A program made the translations under genes and the position numbers. The notes under the pieces were generated by a model. The model saw nothing but the letters and a program-made list of their open reading frames with translations. It was not told the origin of the DNA and did not search any database. From positions 1 through 29,658 of the forward strand of contig NW_021832694.1 in NCBI RefSeq assembly GCF_006345805.1: a stretch of DNA of 29,658 nt, written 5' to 3'. Origin of the DNA: Octopus sinensis (lineage: Eukaryota). Shown here in pieces: positions 21,048 to 29,658 of this stretch (its first letter is position 1; each line of letters starts with the position of its first letter).

Positions 21048-21264
21048 ATGTGTGTGTATGTGTGTGTGTATGTATATATATGTATGTATATATATATGCA
21101 TATATATATATGTGTGTATGTATATATGCATATATATGTATATATATATATATATTATATATATATATATATTATATATATATATATAAACGCTGATAGA
21201 ACAGCAGAGATTGGTTAAGGTATCCATACATATATACATATATACGTGTGTGTGTGTGCGTATG

Positions 21265-21295
<31 letters not shown>

Positions 21296-21489
21296 TGTAC
21301 GTACGTATATATGAATTTCAATCATTGTTCAGTTTTATTTCAAGATTTCTTGGCAGTAGAGAAAGAGCCGGTTTCTAACCTAGATTTAAGGTTCCTTCAT
21401 TGGAATCTCAACATTAACTGCAGGGTATGTATGTATGTATGTATGTATGTATGTATGTATGTATGTATGTATGTATGTATGTATATATG

Positions 21490-21523
<34 letters not shown>

Positions 21524-21576
21524 TGCATGTATGTATATATGTATGTATGTATGTATGCATGCATGCATGTATGTAT

Positions 21577-21745
21577 GGCAGCTAGCTGGCAGAATCGTTA
21601 ACATACCGGGCAAAATGCTTTACAGAATTTCGTCCGTCTTTACGTTCTGTGTTCTTATTCTACCGAGGTTGACTTAACCTTTCATCCTTTCGGGGTAGAT
21701 AAAGCACGTACAGGTTTATCAATGTAACCGGCTTAACCCTTGCCC
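21577..21745 (+). mobile_element. SINE family A
   Basis: Family A head and body. Confidence 0.8.
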
Positions 21746-21769
21746 TACCCTAACCGCACCTCAAATTGC

Positions 21770-22020
21770 ATGAGAAGAATCGATCCGGCGGACTCTGCGG
21801 AAGAAACCTTCATGGTTCAAGAGAAGGGGAGGCGGCTGCAGCAAAGCATTGTGGAGCACAAAGAGCAAGGTGAGGCACGTAGATCATCTTGGTGACCCAC
21901 TGCTTCCATTTCCACTGCCAGTCGTCTTGACCTGGTCTTGTCACTGGGTTGAAGATGGTCATGGACAAGCGAATGACATCAACTGAATGAAACTTTTTCT
22001 CCACTTTAAACAACCGTCAC
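21770..22020 (+). mobile_element. Second RTE-clade (BovB-like motif) LINE 3' remnant
   Basis: MRRIDPADSAEETFMV...EQGEARRSSW...SRLDL../LKMVMDK parallels the RTE/BovB C-terminal MRR.ADSLEKT.M.GK.EG.RRR...W......L.ELVMDR; contains stops and a frameshift. Confidence 0.55.
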
Positions 22021-22945
22021 GCAAGTCATCGGTTATCGTTAAGTATGAATATATGGTCCTCGTAGTCCCGACAGACAAATATATGTGTAAGTACATATAA
22101 AGGAGCCTGCCTCGCTACACTCTTTGCAATGCAGATTCTACCTGAAACATTGCGTTAAGGGTATACTCAGCCATTTACATTTGATTCTATGTGTAAGAAT
22201 TTCATTCGATCAAACAAATGGCAAACACATCTTCAGAACCTTGGAGAATCCATATACTTTCTTCATGTTCTTATTTCGAAGATATATAAGGTAAACCCAC
22301 TTGACTCTGAAACTGGCTCTTGCAAACAGGAAATGAGCTCTTCAGTCACGATGAAGAACAGAACTTCGATAGGACATTCCCCCACTTATTAAATAAACGC
22401 CTGGTCTTGTGCCGAATGTTAGAAATCAATATAGATGTGTTTTGGTTTTGGCTGAAAGCCAAATCTCGAACATTCTGATTGTTCTAATACCTTAAAAATG
22501 AAAACTTTTGAAACACACTGTTTTGTAATGTTTGGCTTTTTGATACGAGACTGCGTCAGGGTCATAAAAAACAATAACAATTCTGACAAGCCGAGACACC
22601 ATAAAATTCAAAAAAAAAAAGATTAACAAGTTGGGCATTATAAAAATTAGAATGCTCTGTCTGGTTTACGGTTATGGAAGTGAAAAAGTAGATAACCGCA
22701 ATAAATTTAGACAAGGTTTCAGTGAAGGGGAACAAGAGGAACATATTGAATAACATAGTTCTGAACAGAAGATGCTTGAAGGACACATTGGTTAACGTAG
22801 TCCTAGATAGGCTATGACAGTGACACATTAGATAATATAATCCTAGATGTACTATGTCTGACGGACACATTAAATAATGTAGACCTAGGTACACTATGGT
22901 TGAAGGACACTTGGTATAATATAGTCCTAGACGCAACATAGTGAA

Positions 22946-23245
22946 GGCGCGCGGCTTAGTGGTTTGAGCACTCGGCTCACGATCATAAAGTCGTGAGTTC
23001 AATTCCCGGCGGCACTTTGTGTTCTTGAACTAGACACTTTATTTCACGTTGCTCCAGTCGAATCAGCTGGCAAAAATGAGTCGTACCTGTATTTCAAAGG
23101 GCCAGTCTTGTCATACTCTGTGTCACGCTGACTCTCCTTGGGAACTACGTTAAGGGCACGCGAGTACTCAGACACATGCACATTTATTTCACGAGCGGGG
23201 CTGTTCCTTTGATCCTGCGTTGTCGTAACCTATCGTGTGCCAGAG
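22946..23245 (+). mobile_element. SINE family C
   Basis: GGCGCGCGGCTTAGTGG...GAGTTCAATTCCCGG tRNA-like head; homologous to 18094. Confidence 0.85.
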
Positions 23246-23303
23246 GAAAGTTACATTTCAGAAAGACACACTAAATAATATATTCCTAGATATACTATGT
23301 ATA

Positions 23304-23765
23304 GGCGCAGGAGTGGCTGTGTGGTAAGTAGCTTGCTTACCAACCAAATGGTTCCGGATTCAGTCCCACTGCGTGGCACCTTGGGAAAATGTCTTCTACT
23401 ATAGCCTCGGGTCGACCAAAGCCTTGTGAGTGGATTTGGTGGAGGGAAACTGAAAGAAGCCCGTCGTATATATATGTATATATGTATGTATGTATGTATG
23501 TATTATGTATATATGTGTGTATGTATGTATGTATGTATGTATGTATGCATATGTTTGTGTGTCTGTGTTTGCCCTCCCCCCCCCCCAACATTGCTTGGTG
23601 TGTTTACGTCCGCGTAAGTTATCGTTTCGGCAAAAGAGACGGATAGAATAAGTACTAGGCTTACAAAGAATAAGTCCTGGGGTCGATTAGCTCGACTAAA
23701 GGCGGTGCTCCAGCATGGCTGCAGTCAAATGACTGAAAGAAGTAAAAGAATAAAATAATAAAGAA
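23304..23765 (+). mobile_element. SINE family B, full length
   Basis: GGCGCAGGAGTGGCTGTGTGGTAAG head through AAAAGAAT tail. Confidence 0.9.
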
Positions 23766-23941
23766 TACGTCTAAAAGGACAAATTAGGTGATGTGGTTCC
23801 AGATACATTCACTCTGAAGGATACATTGAATAATGTAAGCCTTGACACGCTTTGCGAGGACACGTTCTATAATGTAGTCCTAGGTACATTATTACTGATA
23901 ATGTAGTCCGAGATACATTAAAGACACATTAGATTAAGTAT

Positions 23942-24270
23942 GTGGAGGCGCAATGGCCCAGTGGTTAGGGCAGCCGACACGCGGTCGGAGGATCGCAGTT
24001 TCGATTCCCAGACCGGGCGCTGTGTGTTTTTATTGAGTGATTTAGTGGTTAAAGTGTCACACTAACGATCGCAAGATGGCGGTATCGAATTCTGCACCGA
24101 GCGTGGCATCGTGTTTTTGAGCAAAACAGTTCATTTCGCGTTGGTTTAGTTCTTTCAGTTGCAGATGAGTAACCCTGGAACTGCTTAGAGTCCCGATCAG
24201 GATAACTGTTCTGATTTTGGTCACTTATGCGCCACGGAAACCGACTAACCGGCCCTATGAATTGTATGAC
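23942..24270 (+). mobile_element. SINE family D head (23942-24036) followed by an older tRNA-headed SINE
   Basis: Head matches the 15327-15649 copy; second A/B-box-like head from 24037. Confidence 0.65.
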
Positions 24271-24306
24271 TTAATGCAATACTTGCATTACAGTATGATA
24301 AGTATG

Positions 24307-24608
24307 CAGTAATACCTCGCTTTACGAGGGCCCCTTTTACGAGACCCCGGGTTTACGAGTTTTATTTTTCAAGTATAAGATACAAGTGCAACAGTTTCTA
24401 CTATCATAACAAATGCTTCTGTGTGCTACTAAGATATTTATAAAAAGCGAAAAAAAAGCTTCTTCTTATCAAACAATTCTAGACTTGTTTTTTAAAAAGA
24501 AATCAACAAGTTCGTCTACGAGTGCTTGTGAATCGACGATCGCGTCTACAAGTGATGGTGTGTGCGAGTCTAGTGCAAGTGAAAGTGATTCTGCAAACGA
24601 TTATATTG
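24307..24608 (+). mobile_element. Tigger/pogo-like remnant (one TIR plus probable transposase C-terminal tail)
   Basis: CAGTAATACCTCGCTTTACGAG start with 3x TTTACGAG; ORF 24413-24613 KKASSYQTILDLFFKKKSTSS resembles pogo/Tigger C-termini. No second TIR found. Confidence 0.5.
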
Positions 24609-24840
24609 CATAATTATTGCGGCTTTTTTTGCAACATATTTTATTCAACAAAAACAATAGCAAAATGTAACAAAAACATCTTTAAATGATTATTCCGGGG
24701 AATATTCACCATCTACTTCAATTACTGCTTCCCATTTGCTTGGTAGATGGTCAAACAGACATTTAAAGATGTTTTTGTTAAATATTGTTATTGTTTTTCG
24801 TTAATAAAATTTGTTGAAAAAAAAAGCCGCGATAATTATG
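24609..24840. repeat. Fold-back inverted repeat (about 80-bp arms, 71-bp spacer)
   Basis: 24609-24688 vs reverse complement of 24760-24840, about 9 differences; inner ACCATCTAC/GTAGATGGT pair. Confidence 0.9.
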
Positions 24841-24924
24841 TGTGTGGGTGTGAGTGTGTGGGTGTGAGTGTGTGGGTGTGAGTGTGTGGGTGTGAGTGTG
24901 TGGGTGTGAGTGTGTGGGTGTGAG
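24841..24924. repeat. Six perfect copies of the 14-mer TGTGTGGGTGTGAG
   Basis: Seen directly. Confidence 0.95.
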
Positions 24925-25597
24925 TGTGTGTGTATGCACATGTATGTAAGCTTATGGATATGAAAATAAGCAGATCAACATACAGACGGATAGGTACACA
25001 GGTTATATGAACAAACAAGCACACATACGCAAATGGAGACTGAAACACATGACCATATATACACACACAATTCTCTCCACACAAGGACACATATGGAGAC
25101 ACGGGTCCACACATAGAGATGCATATCCATACATACAAACATGGTACATAGTTGCAAAACACACACACACACACAGACATGCACACACAAGAAGACAGAG
25201 GTGTATACATATACAAACACACGCTCACATACACATACATAGAAAATACACAAACACGGACATGCAGGCACTTTAATATGCAGAATACATACATACAGAT
25301 GCACACACATACATATATACATATGCATACACACACATGTATACACACACATGCATACATACATACAATAATACATACGTACATGCATGCATAGCACACA
25401 CACACAAACACATTGACCCACACAAATGCGCTCAAACAAAGAAAAAGTGTAAATAACGGACAGAGTCAAGACTATTGAAAGACGCAACGAAAATTTAGGA
25501 AATAAAAATAAGAAAAAAGTGGAAATTTTACCGGTGTTGAGTGTGTTAAATCACAAGGCAACAAAAACAAATCACTCTCCCCAGACACAACAGTATA

Positions 25598-25642
<45 letters not shown>

Positions 25643-26699
25643 TATATTATATATAATATATAATATAATGAAGTTAGACTGACAGAAGTGTCTTATATGC
25701 AGTGCCGTGCTTTTGTTCCTATTTTCCACACATTCTGCGCTTGCTGTCAGACTGAATTTTGTAAATTATTACCGTTACCAAATTCGTTTTAATGGCATCA
25801 CTCTAGAAAGTAACTAATGTTTCTGTGCTGTGCTGTGTGTGTGTGTGTGTGTGCGTGTGTGTGTGTGTGCGTGTGTGTGTGTGCGTGTGTGTGTGAGTGT
25901 GTGTGTGTGTGTAAATTTGGAAATCAGTTCTACTCACACAGTAACGAATAAATCTCATCAACATGGAATACTGTTGAAAGTCAATTTTAAAAAAAAACTT
26001 GTATTCTTCCCCATCATCCTTTCAGTCCTTTTCCTTTGTTTTTTCTCTTTGTATTTTCTTCCTTCTTTCCTCTCTTTCTTTATTTCTTACTTTCGTTTTT
26101 TTCTCTTCGTTGTGTTCTTCGTTTCTTTCATTCTCTCTCTTTCTCTCTCTCTTCCTTTTCTCTAACTTTCGCTTTCTCTTTCTCTTTTTTCTTTCTCCTC
26201 TTTTATCATTTCAGACATTCTGAAAAGAAGAAAAGTCAAAAATGGGAAAAGAATAAAGGGAAGAAAATCAAAGAGCAGAGATTTGAACTTATCAAGAAAC
26301 GAGTTGTGAAATGTCAAAAACAATCATAACAACCTAAACAATAAACAACAAAAAAAAGAGGGATTTGGGGAATTCCTCTGAGAATTTTCCCAACCTGTAA
26401 AGCTGGTATCTAAAAATTAATAACAAAAACTAATTATAAATGAATAAATAATAAAATAAAATTGAATTAAATAAGAAAGGAAAAACGAAGAAATATTATG
26501 AAAATTCGTGTTTATAAATTTCATAATCGGATTTCATTCAGGTCTGTTCTTTCTTTATTTGTTTTTATGGTGTTGTTTGTGTGTTTGTGTGTTTGTTGTT
26601 TGTTGTTGTTGTTTGCATTCTGTTGTGAAGTTATCTTTAATGAAGAAGGACTTCACTGGTTGGTGCGACTCATGCAGACGATGGTTTTGAAATACGCGA

Positions 26700-27609
26700 A
26701 TGAAGAAAGAAATAGATAGAGAGAGAGAGAGAGGGAAAGGAGAGAGAGAAACGAAAGAAAGAAACAAGCAAGAAGTACAAGAACCGAGATGGTGATGATG
26801 GGAAGGGGTATGAGGAGAAGGAAGAAGAAGAAGAAGAAGAAGAAAAGAAGAAAAAAAAGAAAAAAGAAGAAGAAGAAGAAAGAAGAAGAAGAAGAAGAAC
26901 AACAACAACAAAGGAACCAGAAGAAGGCGAGGAAGAGAATGAAGAAGATGAGTAACGCTAAAACGAAGAAAAGAAAGAAAAAGAAGACGTGGGAAAGCAG
27001 GAGGAGGAGGAGGAGGAGGAGGTGGAGAAATGAACAAGAGGAAGGCGAGGAAGAGAATGAATAAGATGAGGAAAGCGAAAACGAAGAAAAGAAGGGAAAA
27101 GAAGACGTGGGAAAGCAGGAGGAGGAGGAGGAGGAGGTGGAGAAATGAACAAGAGGAAGGCGAGGAAGAGAATGAAGAAGATGAGGAAAGCGAAAACGAA
27201 GAAAAGAAGGAAGAGAAAAGAAGACGACATGGAGGAGAATGAAGAAGAAGAAGAAGAAGAAGAAGAAGAAGAAGAAGAAGAAGAAGAAGAAGAAGAAGAA
27301 GAAGAAGAAGAAGAAGCGTAAAATGCTTCCTCCTACATTCTCCACTCACTACCTACGCACTTACAACAACAAAAACAAAACGACAAAAACCAAGTGTACC
27401 GAAGACGAAAATAGCGAAAATAATCCAAGAAAGAAAAGAAAGGCAAGAAGAATAGAAAAAAAAATGAGAGAGAGACAGACAGACAAAGGGGGACAGAGAA
27501 GTCGTAGTAGAAAGAGCGAAGATGAAATACAACGAAAGATAAGAGAGCGCGAAAGATAGCGTAAAAGAGAAAGTGAGATAGAAAGAAACGCAAAGGGAAA
27601 CACTGTGTA

Positions 27610-27642
<33 letters not shown>

Positions 27643-28370
27643 TAGATGAGAGAGAGCGAGGAGAGAGGAGGGGGGGGCAGAGAGAGAGGAGAGAAAGAGA
27701 GAGCGAGATAGAGAGAGAGAGGGAAACAGAGAGAGAGAGAGAGAAAGAGAGAGGGAAAGATTGTTGAGGAAGAGACAGAGAGGTGAGAATAAAATACAAA
27801 GGAAAGAGCGAAAGAAAGATAAGCAAGATGGGGGAGAATGAGAGAGGGATTATGTGTGTGTGTGCGTGTGTGTGTGTGCGAGAGAGAGAGGAGAGAGATG
27901 GAGGGAGAGTGGGAGAGAGAGAGAGGGAGGAGAGAGAGAGAGAAGTCGTAGTCAAAAAGGAAAGAGCGAAGCGAGAAAAATACAAAGAAAAAAATGAAAG
28001 ACAGAGCGAAAAATAGCGAAAGAAACAGCGCGATAGAAAGACAGATGGAGAGAGAGAAAGAAGTGAGATAGAGAGAGAGGGGGGAATCGTTGTAGAAAGA
28101 GAAAGAGAGTAAAATACAAAGAGAGAAGAAAAGAGCGAGCGAGAGATAGCGAAAGAAAAAGAAAGTGGGATAGAAAGATAAAGAGAGAGAGAGAGAGAGA
28201 GAAAGAGAGACTGTGTAGGAGAGAGAGAGAGAGAGAGAGAGAGAGGTCTTTGTAGAAAAGGAAAGAACGAGGTGAGAGAAAATACAAAGAAAGAAGAAAA
28301 AAGAGAGAGAGCGAAAGATAGAGAAGAAGATAGCGAGATAGAAAGAAAAGCAGAGAGAGAGAGAGACACG
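26700..28370. repeat. Purine-rich low-complexity tract with (GAA)25, an approximately 117-bp tandem triplication and cryptic higher-order repeats
   Basis: (GAA)n 27241-27316; GAAGGCGAGGAAGAGAATGAA at about 26923, 27041, 27157; recurring AAATACAA core at about 27525, 27790, 27978, 28110, 28280. Confidence 0.9.
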
Positions 28371-28848
28371 TGTGAGATGATGGGTGGTGTTTATCAATAA
28401 AGGATGCTGATAGCAGTTTTCCTAACCTCGAGATTATAAAATTTATGATATCAATATATTGGCCTCGTTTTGACATGTTATCATATGGCTTCGGTCAAGC
28501 AGAATGGGTGGTGGTAGTGGAAGGAAGAGAGGAGAGAGAAAGGTGGCGGGGGAGAGGGAGGGCAATGTCCACGAGCTTCGTATACATATATCATACGCCC
28601 TCCAGCTTGGTGAATGAGATCAATATGTTAGAGGCTTTGAGTGAATATCATCTCAGATAAGACATAGTCAGCGTTCGGATACAGACATTCTCAACAGGGG
28701 TCCATGTGGCCCTACGGGCTTCATGTGACTTTTGGGGGAATCGATATAAGATTTGGTTGCATAAATTGATTGGAAATAAAATACTTACAATACACAAATA
28801 CACAAAATATTTCAACATTTTTTTCATATACAATTCCTAATAATATTA

Positions 28849-29159
28849 GGAGTGGCTGTGTGGTAAGTAGCTTGCTTACCAACCACATGGTTCCGGGTTC
28901 AGTCCCACTGCGTGGCACCTTGGGCAAGTGTCTTCTACTATAACCTCGGGCCGACCAAAGCCTTGTGAGTGGATTTGGTTGACGGAAACTGAAAGAAGCA
29001 CATCGTATATATGTATGTATATATATATAACGGGAAGCTTTACGAAATAAACAAAAGACGAAGGCAGGTGGAATACAAACAAACAATGTAATTAGTATGG
29101 CGCTCAGGAATATAAATAATAAAACAAGTCTTTTACGTTTCGAGCCTACGCTCTTCAAC

Positions 29160-29196
<37 letters not shown>

Positions 29197-29197
29197 G

Positions 29198-29229
<32 letters not shown>

Positions 29230-29440
29230 GGGTTTGTATATGTTTCTGTGTCTGTGTTTGTCCTCCAGCATCGCTTGACAACCGATGCTGCGGTGTTTAC
29301 GTCCCAGTAACTTAGCGGTCGGCAAAAGAGACCGATGGAATAAGTACTAGGCTTACAAAGAATAAGTCCTGGGGTTTGAATTTGCTCGACTAAAGGCGGT
29401 GCTCCAGCATGGCCACAGTCAAAAGCGTAAAAGAGTAAAG
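28849..29440 (+). mobile_element. SINE family B, interrupted in its internal microsatellite by family F
   Basis: Head 28849-29005 and tail 29240-29440 match the 23304 copy. Confidence 0.88.
29029..29160 (-). mobile_element. Family F element, second copy; hammerhead-like motif at 29129-29160, truncated at the core
   Basis: Minus strand UGUUGA-A-GAGC(guag)GCUC-GAAAC-GUA-AAAGA; rest homologous to 6817-6918. Confidence 0.8.
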
Positions 29441-29484
29441 ACATATTAACTGTAATTTTTTTTTTACCGGGTACCTCAGCTAGT
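29438..29484 (+). mobile_element. Helitron-like 3' terminus
   Basis: AGACATATTAACTGTAATTT..TACCGGGTACCTCAGCTAG|T matches the end of 2695-3626. Confidence 0.6.
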
Positions 29485-29658
29485 GTTTAATTATAGAAAT
29501 ATGATAGACTTTTTTTTAATATTTAAAGAATATGGAAGAGTGGTCCACTCAAGTAAAATAGGAACCGAAGTGATCCACTGGCAAAGAAAAATGGTTAAGA
29601 AACACTGAGGTAGAAGATTTTGCGCTGTTTATTCTGGCGGCTCTCTGCGACCTGAGTT

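Larger units (their letters stand above)
22735..23940 (+). repeat. Degenerate 41-42 bp minisatellite (GAAGGACACATT.GATAATGTAGTCCTAGATACACTATG), split by SINE insertions
   Basis: About 5 units at 22735-22945, 1 at 23255-23303 and about 4 at 23770-23940. Confidence 0.8.
28682..29607. mobile_element. hAT-type MITE, expanded by nested insertions
   Basis: CAGACATTCTCAACAGGGGTCCA at the left end; GGTTAAGAAACACTG at the right end (degenerate CAGTGGTTCTCAACC-type TIR); no matching 8-bp TSD. Confidence 0.5.

Noticed and set aside
21733-21757. Telomere-like AACCCT/CCCTAA variants
   Set aside because: Only 3-4 degenerate units at a SINE tail; not distinguishable from chance
22735-23940. CRISPR-like array
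   Set aside because: Eukaryotic context; units are contiguous diverged tandem repeats with no unique spacers and no cas genes
26555-28476. Long 230-354 aa ORFs on the minus strand and K/E-rich ORFs on the plus strand
   Set aside because: Purine/pyrimidine skew removes stop codons; products are poly-L/F/S or poly-K/E without domain features

Overview
AT-rich animal genomic DNA dense in microsatellites, most likely intergenic or intronic. The SINE families look like those I know from octopod cephalopods (Octopus); this is recognition from memory, not a database result. I could not support any host protein-coding exon, and most long ORFs in the track are translations of simple repeats. Recognisable content: more than 25 tRNA-derived SINE copies in about 5 families; two decayed Tc1 transposase elements (one with DD37E/TRT-like spacing, one DD34E with an inverted partial duplicate); a Tc1-type MITE; a hAT deletion derivative nested in a Tigger/pogo-like element; a hAT MITE; a non-autonomous Helitron; two RTE-clade LINE 3' remnants; and a Penelope RT fragment. 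The most notable signal is four hammerhead-ribozyme-like motifs in three different non-autonomous elements (4531-4576, 6779-6816, 7020-7093, 29129-29160). One sits behind a tRNA-like Pol III head and the others are in elements embedded in (TA)n tracts.
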